Positions 46,481-54,249 of a stretch of 64,000 nt of DNA are shown in pieces; within the stretch, counting starts at the first letter, position 1; every line of letters begins with the position of its first letter. The notes under the pieces were generated by a model that worked only from the letters and a program-made list of their open reading frames with translations, ran no database searches and had not been told where the DNA came from. The stretch lies in assembly GCA_040384565.1 (NCBI GenBank), contig JAZKJC010000023.1, forward strand, positions 1,481-65,480, read 5' to 3'. The stretch comes from Patescibacteria group bacterium (GTDB lineage Bacteria > Patescibacteriota > Saccharimonadia > Saccharimonadales > JAZKJC01). The position numbers and the translations under genes were made by a program.

Positions 46481-46599
46481 GTAGTCTAATAGTCGCTAGT
46501 CATATAGTCCAACTTCTTAGTCAAATAGCTGGCCAAGAACTATAGAGTCCTTGGCTTTAGACCAGACAATCAGACCATTAGACAATTTGACAATTCTGA
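46481..46599. repeat. Cargo-less cassette-flank remnant in the rpmH-rnpA spacer
   Basis: GTAGTCTAATAGTCGCTAGTCATATAGTCC resembles the left flank at 49907 (GTAGTCCAATAGTAGGATAGCC..TAGTCC). GACCATTAGACA lies on the other side as an imperfect inverted partner. Confidence 0.45.
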
Positions 46600-46737
46600 C
46601 TAAGCTGAAAGCTTGCTGCGGCCTTTGAGACGGCGACGCTTAAGTACAGCTTGGCCGGCTTTACTAGCCATTCGCTTCATGAATCCATGTTCACGAGCCC
46701 GGCGACGGGTTTTGGGTTGAAATGTTCGCTTTGGCAT
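46600..46737 (-). CDS. rpmH: 50S ribosomal protein L34
   Basis: Not in the ORF track (45 aa). My translation is [45 protein letters not shown]; canonical position upstream of rnpA. Confidence 0.9.
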   Translation of the reverse strand: MPKRTFQPKTRRRAREHGFMKRMASKAGQAVLKRRRLKGRSKLSA

Positions 46738-47108
46738 AGAGCCCTATTCTACAGGTGTTACCCCAAGTGGTCAAACTATTATACAATAACCACTTTATTG
46801 ACAGGCTTAAAAAGTAGGTTCAATCAATAGTTTTTAGCCATATTGTTAATTATCAATTAGAACTGCTTGTTTGTGCTAAAAATTTTAATACGGCGTGATT
46901 TTGACAATGTTTACCCACGAAATCAATCAAGTTGTCCCCATATCATCAAGCTTTTTCCACAGATTAACAGATGAGGCTTGTGCTTGGGTATAACCCCTGC
47001 TCTGTTTGGGACAAATTGTTAATATATTGTTGTGAGTTATAGAAACTTGTGGAAAACCCCTCAGTGCAAGGGTATAGTTAGATAACAAATAAATATTAAG
47101 GGAGTAAG
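46738..47108. promoter_or_regulatory. rpmH-dnaA divergent spacer with DnaA-box-like 9-mers
   Basis: TTTTCCACA at 46953-46961 and its reverse complement TGTGGAAAA at 47048-47056 fit TT(A/T)TNCACA. A weaker TTACCCACG lies at 46911; there are AT-rich tracts. Confidence 0.6.
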
Positions 47109-48479
47109 GTGCAAGAGGACCTGTGGCAAGCGGTCTTGGGTGAAATAGAGCTCACAGTTTCTAGGGGCAGTTTTGTCACGTGGTTTAAGAACACTCACTT
47201 AGTTCGCCAAAAGGACAATGTGCTAGTTATTGGCGTTCCCAATGTTTTCATCAAACAACAGATGGAACGCAAGTATAACGACTTAGTCCTGGAAACACTT
47301 GCCAAGAATGGGGTTAAGCCAGAACGAGTTGAATATAAGATCCACGCGGGGATATCGCCACGGAAAACTGAGGAAGAACCAATGATTTTGGGCGCCCAAG
47401 CTAAAACTCAGTCCGATTATCAGGCGTCCAATCAGTTGACTGATGCTCTTGCCCACAGTTATCGCCAAGGACTAAACGAACGCTACACTTTTGACACGTT
47501 CATTGTAGGCTCTGGTAATGAGTTGGCTTATGCCGCCTGCCAAGCTATTGCCCAAAGTCCTGGTACCAAATATAACCCAATGTTCGTTTATGGTGGCGTA
47601 GGGATTGGCAAGACTCATCTAATACAAGCTGTTGGCAACGCGATTTTAGCCAAAAACCCAGCTGCCCGCATTGTCTACGCGTCGACTGAGCAGTTTGTCC
47701 AAGAGTTCGTGGATGCGCTCAGGTTTAAAAAAACGACTGATTTTGCCAAGCACTATCGCAGCGCCGATGTGCTCATTGTTGATGATATGCAGTTCATTGC
47801 TGGCAAAGAAAAAATGCAGGAAGAGTTCTTCCACACCTTTAATGCTTTGCATCAAGCCAACAAACAAATTATTATCAGCAGCGATAAGCAACCTAAAGAA
47901 ATTCCAACCCTGGAAGAGCGATTACGATCACGCTTTGCTTGGGGTATGACCATTGATATGCAGAACCCAGACTTTGAAACACGCTGCGCTATTATTCAAA
48001 CCAAGGCCCAAAATCATGACGTTGTCTTGCCTCAACCGGTGGTGGAGTACCTTTCTAACCTTGTACAATCCAACATCCGCGAGCTGGAGGGCGCACTTAA
48101 CCAGCTGCTAGCTTTCTGTGAAATGCGCTCACTCGCCCCTGATCTCCATTTAGCCATGAGCTTGCTTGGTAATAGTAAGGCTCGGCCTAAGCACATCAGC
48201 GCTAAACAGATAATTGAGCGAACAGCCAAGTATTTTCAGCTACCGATGGAAGATATATTAGGCCCTAAGCGAGACAAAGACATTGTGGTACCACGCCAAA
48301 TAGCTATGTACATATTACGTAGCGAGCTGCACCTTAGTTTCCCTAAAATCGCCAGAGAACTGGGCCGCAAAGACCATACCACAGCCATACACTCGGTTGA
48401 GAAAATCGAAAAAGAATCCGGATATGATATTGACATCAAAGCCGCAATAACCGAAATTAAAGAGCGACTTTATGCATAG
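47109..48479 (+). CDS. dnaA: Chromosomal replication initiator DnaA
   Basis: 456 aa, GTG start; Walker A GGVGIGKTHL, Walker B VLIVDDMQF, C-terminal DNA-binding HTTAIHSVEKI. Confidence 0.95.
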   Translation: MQEDLWQAVLGEIELTVSRGSFVTWFKNTHLVRQKDNVLVIGVPNVFIKQQMERKYNDLVLETLAKNGVKPERVEYKIHAGISPRKTEEEPMILGAQAKTQSDYQASNQLTDALAHSYRQGLNERYTFDTFIVGSGNELAYAACQAIAQSPGTKYNPMFVYGGVGIGKTHLIQAVGNAILAKNPAARIVYASTEQFVQEFVDALRFKKTTDFAKHYRSADVLIVDDMQFIAGKEKMQEEFFHTFNALHQANKQIIISSDKQPKEIPTLEERLRSRFAWGMTIDMQNPDFETRCAIIQTKAQNHDVVLPQPVVEYLSNLVQSNIRELEGALNQLLAFCEMRSLAPDLHLAMSLLGNSKARPKHISAKQIIERTAKYFQLPMEDILGPKRDKDIVVPRQIAMYILRSELHLSFPKIARELGRKDHTTAIHSVEKIEKESGYDIDIKAAITEIKERLYA

Positions 48480-48801
48480 AAAAGCAGCGAGCAATGAGCA
48501 GCGAGCAATGAGCAGCGAAAATACTTTAATGGCGCTTATTTTGGTTTTTGGTGTTTGTGCAGATCGTGTTCACATTGTTGGTAAAGCATTTGTACAAACT
48601 GTGTACATCTGCAGTGGTTATGCTCAGGTAGTTTTTGCAACAAAGGTATTGTGTACAAAGCCGGGCATTGTGCGCAGCTTGTCCGAGCGGCTAGCACAGG
48701 CTTTTACACACGTAAATTTGGCATTTAACAGGTTTGTGTTGGTAGTTATACACATTGTCCCCAGCCCTAATAATGATTACTACAAAGGAGTTTAATATAT
48801 T
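48480..48801. promoter_or_regulatory. dnaA-dnaN spacer, candidate oriC module
   Basis: TTATACACA at 48746-48754 and TTTTACACA at 48702-48710. TGTGTACAA at 48650-48658 is the reverse complement of TTGTACACA. An AT-rich tract precedes dnaN. Tandem AGCAGCGAGCAATG x2 lies at 48484-48511. Confidence 0.6.
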
Positions 48802-49893
48802 ATGAAATTACAGGTCACCCAGGAAAATCTCCACAAAGCACTTAGTAGTGTTGGCCGAGTTGCAAGTGGTAAGGGTACTTTACCGATTCTATCCAACCTT
48901 TTAATTAAAACTATCGGCAATCGACTAAGTGTCGCAGCCACAAATCTAGACATAGCAATTACTCATTTTATTGGTTCTAAGGTTAGTGATGAGGGGGCAA
49001 TCACAGTGCCAGCAAGGCTCATGGTTGATTTTGTTGCTAGCCTGCCCTCTGGGACAATTACGCTCGAACTTGATGAGACTAAATTAAAAATCACAACCGA
49101 CCAGTACGAATCAATTATTAACGGCACCAACGCGGAAGAATATCCGGTGATGCCAACAATTGCTGACGGCACCAACTGGACTGTACCGTCAAATGTGCTT
49201 AGAGCTGGGCTACAACAAGGCTTAATAGCAGCTTCGTCGGACGAGAGCCGACCAGTATTAACAGGCGTATACATGCACACACACGATAAAAAGCTTTTTC
49301 TTGTAGCTACTGACAGCTATCGATTAGCAGAAAAAACCCTTATGAAAGCCTCGGAAGATGTAAATTTATTGATTCCAGCCGGTGCATTACAGGATTTGCT
49401 AAGAATACTTACGGATGTTGAAGATGAGGTTCAGGTTACCCATAACGATCAACAAGTACTTTTTCGGGTTGGTGATGTTGAACTTGTAGCCAGGTTAATT
49501 GAGGGGAACTACCCTGATTATCGTAAGCTTATCCCAAAAACATTTGCCCATAACGCAATCCTAAAAAAGCAAGAATTTATGAACATCACAAAGGTTTCTA
49601 GCTTGTTTGCACGTGAGAGCGCTGGTAGCGTAACAATCCACTTAGACAAAGCAAAGCAGTTGGTTAGTATTAGATCAATTGCCTCGCAACTGGGCGAAAA
49701 CACCGCTTCCGCTAATGCCGTGATAGAGGGAGAGGGCGTAATTACGCTTAATTCACGCTACATCATGGATGCTTTACATGCGCTGAATGGTGACGAAGTA
49801 AAAATAGCCTTTAACGGTAAGCTAGAAGCTTGTCTACTTACCAGCCCCAAACACACAGACTACCTCCATGTAATCATGCCCCTCAAAAGCTAG
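48802..49893 (+). CDS. dnaN: DNA polymerase III beta sliding clamp
   Basis: 363 aa; three-domain clamp pattern (ATDSYRLA, EGNYPDYRKLIP), position after dnaA. Confidence 0.9.
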   Translation: MKLQVTQENLHKALSSVGRVASGKGTLPILSNLLIKTIGNRLSVAATNLDIAITHFIGSKVSDEGAITVPARLMVDFVASLPSGTITLELDETKLKITTDQYESIINGTNAEEYPVMPTIADGTNWTVPSNVLRAGLQQGLIAASSDESRPVLTGVYMHTHDKKLFLVATDSYRLAEKTLMKASEDVNLLIPAGALQDLLRILTDVEDEVQVTHNDQQVLFRVGDVELVARLIEGNYPDYRKLIPKTFAHNAILKKQEFMNITKVSSLFARESAGSVTIHLDKAKQLVSIRSIASQLGENTASANAVIEGEGVITLNSRYIMDALHALNGDEVKIAFNGKLEACLLTSPKHTDYLHVIMPLKS

Positions 49894-49936
49894 CTTTTGA
49901 ATCCGGGTAGTCCAATAGTAGGATAGCCTGATAGTC

Positions 49937-50109
49937 CTTAGAGCCTGACCCATTCCCCCTGTTCAAAGGGAAAACACCAGCAGGCAGGGAGTTTTTAGCG
50001 GTTTTTTGGCTAAAAGCATACCTAAACGGTATGGTTTTAGTTGAAAAAATGGTAAAAAGCCCTGGACCTGGTGTTTTAGCCGGACGGGGGGAATGGGTCA
50101 GGCTCTTAG
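49937..50109. repeat. ORF-less long hairpin element C
   Basis: A 23-nt terminal inverted repeat: CTTAGAGCCTGACCCATTCCCCC (49937-49959) pairs with GGGGGAATGGGTCAGGCTCTTAG (50087-50109), with one mismatch. An internal loop of about 10x9 nt follows. An imperfect inner stem of about 50 bp (AAACACCAG/CTGGTGTTT, GCATACC/GGTATGG) closes on loop TAAAC. Confidence 0.75.
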
Positions 50110-50124
50110 GGGGCGTGAGATAAT

Positions 50125-50475
50125 GTGCGTATGACGATAAAAAAGTTTGAGGATATAATTGCTTGGCAAAAAGTCAGAGAACTTAATAAAGAGTTAAATT
50201 ACTCATTTGTAGATTTGAGAAATTTTACTTTTAAGGATCAAATTCTGCGCGCCGGTCTATCAATTAACAATAATATCGCAGAAGGTTTTGAAAGAAGTGG
50301 GGATAAAGAACTTAAATATTTTCTGCATGTTGCCCGAGGTTCTGCCGCAGAGGTTCGGTCTATGCTTTATATGGCTTTGGATATGAAGTACATAGAAGAA
50401 GCCCGCTTCCAGGAACTTTACGGCCTTACAGTGGAGGTTGGTCGCTTGATTACGGGTTTTATAAAGAAGTTATGA
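50125..50475 (+). CDS. Four-helix-bundle protein (23S rRNA IVS protein / Avd-like family)
   Basis: 116 aa (likely ATG at 50131: MTIKKFEDIIAWQK). Shows the AWQKVRELNKEL, INNNIAEGFERSGDKE and ARGSAAEVRSMLY hallmarks. Confidence 0.85.
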   Translation: MRMTIKKFEDIIAWQKVRELNKELNYSFVDLRNFTFKDQILRAGLSINNNIAEGFERSGDKELKYFLHVARGSAAEVRSMLYMALDMKYIEEARFQELYGLTVEVGRLITGFIKKL

Positions 50476-50514
50476 CAATCCAACTATCCGACAATAAGAC
50501 TATTGGACTAAACC

Positions 50515-51579
50515 GTGATTTCTGATATAAGGTTACGGAACTTCCGTTCATATACGGACACGACCATTGAGTTCGGAATGGGCGTGAATATTATTGTCGG
50601 GCCTAACGCCAGCGGCAAAACAAATTTGCTGGAAGCCATCCTGGTGTTATGTCGAGGCAGTTCCTATCGGGCAAATGACCAAGAGCTTATAGCCCACAAA
50701 CAGGACTGGGGCCGATTAGATGGGCAAAACAATGGCCAACAACGTACCGTAAAATTACTAAAAAAAGGAGAATTAATACAGAAAGAATACCAAGTAGGAG
50801 GCACCACCCTTAAGCGCCTGCCCTTGCAACGTACGGTGCCAGCTGTTGTGTTTGAGCCAAATCATTTGCAGCTATTAACACAGTCACCAGACTTGCGACG
50901 TAATTTTTTAGATGATATTTTAGAACAAACAGTACCAACTTTTGGAGATATCAGGCGGCGCTACAAACGCACCTTGGCCCAACGCAACTCATTGCTAAAA
51001 CAGGAGTTTGCACCCGACCAATTGTTTGTATGGAACGTGCGGCTGAGCGAACTAGGTGACCAAATTGCCGAGCACAGGCTTAACTATATATCTCAACATA
51101 AAGCTGAGCTCACAAAACTCTACAACAAACTTGCCGGAAAAAGATACAAAATAGATATGGTTTATGAAACCAAGCATAATACCGATGCTTATGGCAGCTC
51201 CCTGTTAAAAGCCCTAGAAGCTAGAACTGCGGTCGACCGCGAACGCGGCTTTACAACCGTTGGGCCACACCGAGACGATATGGGCATCATATTAGGAGGC
51301 CACTCGCTGTCATCAGCCGCCTCGCGCGGCGAAACTCGCACAATGTTGTTGGCACTAAAGCTGCTAGAAGTCCGTAGTCTAGAAAAAGCCCGCGGCATTA
51401 AACCCATACTGTTGCTAGATGACGTTTTTAGCGAACTAGACGGCAAACGCCGCCAAGCCCTAACTGCCCATTTGCAAGGCCATCAAGCTTTCATAACCAC
51501 CACCGACGCCGACATAGTAATCCAACACTTCCTAGACAACTGCACCGTCATTCCCACAGTAAAAGAATATAAGACATAA
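50515..51579 (+). CDS. recF: DNA replication and repair protein RecF
   Basis: 354 aa, GTG start; Walker A GPNASGKTNLLEAI, signature SRGETRT, Walker B ILLLDDVFSELD. Confidence 0.9.
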   Translation: MISDIRLRNFRSYTDTTIEFGMGVNIIVGPNASGKTNLLEAILVLCRGSSYRANDQELIAHKQDWGRLDGQNNGQQRTVKLLKKGELIQKEYQVGGTTLKRLPLQRTVPAVVFEPNHLQLLTQSPDLRRNFLDDILEQTVPTFGDIRRRYKRTLAQRNSLLKQEFAPDQLFVWNVRLSELGDQIAEHRLNYISQHKAELTKLYNKLAGKRYKIDMVYETKHNTDAYGSSLLKALEARTAVDRERGFTTVGPHRDDMGIILGGHSLSSAASRGETRTMLLALKLLEVRSLEKARGIKPILLLDDVFSELDGKRRQALTAHLQGHQAFITTTDADIVIQHFLDNCTVIPTVKEYKT

Positions 51580-51629
51580 TCAAAATATTAATTCCGAACA
51601 AACCCAGCCACTATCATTAAACTAAATAT

Positions 51630-52925
51630 CTAGGTTGTCGGGTTAACTCGATCGTCACTATACCACTTGATAAAAAGCTGGTTTGGGTCAACGCCTTGGC
51701 TTTTAATGAAGTCCAATGCTTTTTGAGCGTTGGCTTTGTAGGGTTCCTGGGTAATATAGATATTATATTGGTTAAGGTTGGGGAAATAAGCAATATAAAA
51801 GCCCTGCCGATAAACAGTTTTCTCATTTGCTAAAAAGTTTATATTGGCTTTTGGTAATGAATCAAATTCTTTTTTATCCCCCGAAGCCAAATAAGCCAAA
51901 TTATTGTTATCAATAAGTAGAAAGCGGTTTTTCTTGGGGGCACCTATTTTAAAAACAAAGCTAGGAGTCGCTGAACTGTCTTTAATGGCAAATTTATGTT
52001 TTTTGTCTTTTATAGCATCAAAGCCGACTATTGCCAGGTTCTCTGCTTCTTGTAATGGTACGTAAAAAGTTGGCTGACTAGTTGACCATATTGGCTGGGC
52101 GATAATCCCTTTGCTTACCAATTTCTTTTTAGCCTTATTTAAATCAAAGTGATATAAATCCTTGCTAGCCCCATCTTCTCCGCCATTTTTAGCATCACTT
52201 TGGCTATATATTATATGTTGCCCATTCTCGGATGCCATAACGCGTTTTGGCATATCGTCTGTTATTTTTTCTGAACTTAGTGCCGGCAATTGTAACCGAT
52301 CCAAATCTAGAGTTTCGCCATTGGGCTTAGCAATAATGAGGGAGGACTGGTTGGCCCAAAGTATGGCAGAGGCAGGCTTTATGCTCCCAACCAGAGCTGG
52401 AGCCGAGCCCAAATCTGCACGGTAGAGGCCTTGTGCGTCATCATTTTCGAACTGTAAGTACATGTACTGTTTGCTGTTTTCCAGCCACACCACATCAGTA
52501 ATATTGTGTTCAATATCGGGGCTACCTACTAGCGATATAACACCAGTTTCAAAATTAGCAAGCCACCAATATTGTGAATCAGGGGCAAGGCCACGCTGAT
52601 TCAACTGAGGCTCCAGCTGGTCAACAGGGCTGTAGCCCGATGCCTTAAATAGTGCGCCTCCAGTTCCCCATTTCACATCGTATACATTAGGTAATGCATA
52701 ATTTGGGGTTAATGATTTTGTTTTATGACTAGAAAGGTCATATTCGGCGAATCCTGAACCTGTGAAATACTTAATGGAGCTCTCATTAACACGGGGGAAC
52801 TGGATATTGGCAGCAAATGCATCAGATATAAATAACTGACCATTTTGACTAGGCCACAACGCCACAACAATGAGTAATAATATAATAATTATTGCAGCCA
52901 AGATTAAAATTAAACGCTTATTCAT
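51630..52925 (-). CDS. Membrane-anchored extracytoplasmic hypothetical protein
   Basis: 431 aa; N-terminal anchor LILILAAIIIILLLIVVAL; no catalytic motif recognised. Confidence 0.45.
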   Translation of the reverse strand: MNKRLILILAAIIIILLLIVVALWPSQNGQLFISDAFAANIQFPRVNESSIKYFTGSGFAEYDLSSHKTKSLTPNYALPNVYDVKWGTGGALFKASGYSPVDQLEPQLNQRGLAPDSQYWWLANFETGVISLVGSPDIEHNITDVVWLENSKQYMYLQFENDDAQGLYRADLGSAPALVGSIKPASAILWANQSSLIIAKPNGETLDLDRLQLPALSSEKITDDMPKRVMASENGQHIIYSQSDAKNGGEDGASKDLYHFDLNKAKKKLVSKGIIAQPIWSTSQPTFYVPLQEAENLAIVGFDAIKDKKHKFAIKDSSATPSFVFKIGAPKKNRFLLIDNNNLAYLASGDKKEFDSLPKANINFLANEKTVYRQGFYIAYFPNLNQYNIYITQEPYKANAQKALDFIKSQGVDPNQLFIKWYSDDRVNPTT

Positions 52926-52958
52926 CCGGGTATCTCCTATTATAGTAGTCGAGTTTCA

Positions 52959-54245
52959 TTATTGGTTAACCGCTAGATGAATATGGTCTTCGTGACCGCC
53001 CAGACAGTTCCTTGCACCATCCTTACCATCTATAGTTATTTTGTCGAATGTAAAGGCTTTGCCGTTATCCAGAGTGGTAGTGCCGGCAGGTGGGTATGCG
53101 TAAATTAACTCGTTTACTTTCAAAACAGCGCGGTTTTCATACAAAAACTTAAAAAGCTTGTCTTGCTCAGGGCCTTTGCATGCACCAGCTACTAAGTCAG
53201 CCCCAAGGCCCTGTTCATGGAAAGTCCCCGGGTAATGATCACACTTAAGCGCCGTGGTAGTGACCTTTATTTTGGCTTGTTCTACAATTGCCACCAAAGC
53301 TAAAATGGTAGAGCTTTTGACAGCCCCGCTTTGTATTTCAATGCGTTGGCAAGCAGCCCCAAGTACCAATAAGGGATTGTTTAGAAGCCTTGTCCTGAGC
53401 TCTTGGTCAGTCCCTGTCGGTAGGGTTGCGTTGGTAGTAGTTCCCCCCCCTGGGCAGTTGGGTGTGCTTTCACTAACCGTGCCGGCAGCGTTGGTGGGGC
53501 CAGGCACTGCATTTTGGTCCGGAGCCCAGGAATATTGCAAGTCATCCCCACTGCCATCAGACATTCTTTGTGTAGCGCCAATGGCCTGGAATGCAACTGG
53601 TGGTAGTCCCGCAACCCTTCCGCGATAATTGGGTGGTGTTCCGTCTTGCGGGTTGGTCCAGCCTTGCTTTGGTGAATTATTAGAGCTTCTATCAACTCCG
53701 GTCCAAGGCGCAGGTCCTGATTCCATTACGACTGTAATAATACTTTTACCCGTGCGAGGGTTGGTTACAAGTACTCGCGGCGCTTTAGAATAAAAATCTG
53801 CACTTTCAGGCCCTTTTGCCGAAGTCCCATTCCAGTTCCAGACTGCATACCGCCAGCGCATCGTTATGTAAAAATCCCGAAATTCTTGGCCAAGCTTGGC
53901 GTTGTTAGCAAACGTTACCTTGCCTCCTGTGCTAAGTACCCGTCCTTCGGCATCAATAACTTCCTCTAGACCTACCCCTCCATTAGTTGCTGGTAGATTG
54001 TGGCCCTCGATTGAGCCTCCCCCAACTGTCGCCCCAGTTGCTGCAGCTTCCCCACAACCGGTACTTTCTTGGACATCAAAGTAACGAATATTAGATTCAA
54101 AAGCACGCCGCTGTTCGTCGGATAGTTGAGCTGATACAATAATTGGCTTAAATACCCCAATACCTAAAGACAAAATTATTAAAATCGGAAACAGCACCCT
54201 TATTTTTGATGATTCACTTCCTCTAAGCTGGAATAATTTCTTCAT
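52959..54245 (-). CDS. Secreted protein with C-terminal LAS/M15-like (VanY-type) metallopeptidase motifs
   Basis: 428 aa; signal anchor. The C-terminal TFHEQGLGADL and GGHEDHIHLAV fit SxHxxGxAxD ... HxH zinc ligands. Confidence 0.5.
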   Translation of the reverse strand: MKKLFQLRGSESSKIRVLFPILIILSLGIGVFKPIIVSAQLSDEQRRAFESNIRYFDVQESTGCGEAAATGATVGGGSIEGHNLPATNGGVGLEEVIDAEGRVLSTGGKVTFANNAKLGQEFRDFYITMRWRYAVWNWNGTSAKGPESADFYSKAPRVLVTNPRTGKSIITVVMESGPAPWTGVDRSSNNSPKQGWTNPQDGTPPNYRGRVAGLPPVAFQAIGATQRMSDGSGDDLQYSWAPDQNAVPGPTNAAGTVSESTPNCPGGGTTTNATLPTGTDQELRTRLLNNPLLVLGAACQRIEIQSGAVKSSTILALVAIVEQAKIKVTTTALKCDHYPGTFHEQGLGADLVAGACKGPEQDKLFKFLYENRAVLKVNELIYAYPPAGTTTLDNGKAFTFDKITIDGKDGARNCLGGHEDHIHLAVNQ

Positions 54246-54249
54246 ATGC

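Noticed and set aside
48058-48070. AACCTTGTACA inside dnaA matching half of the 29-nt palindrome (a possible dispersed REP half-site).
   Set aside because: It is a single 11-nt half-site within a conserved coding region with no inverted partner, so it is most likely chance.
48472-48795. The 107-aa ORF filling the dnaA-dnaN spacer.
   Set aside because: It starts within the dnaA stop region and runs through low-complexity repeats and DnaA-box-like sites. It has no recognisable motif, so the region is better read as non-coding origin or regulatory sequence.
49937-50109. The long hairpins A, B and C as ordinary rho-independent terminators, or as 6S RNA.
   Set aside because: The stems are far longer than terminators (more than 60 paired positions) and lack a 3' T-tract. 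The 6S idea is not excluded, since size and a closing stem plus internal loop fit loosely. However, three unrelated copies and a very long inner stem make it unlikely without a covariance-model hit.
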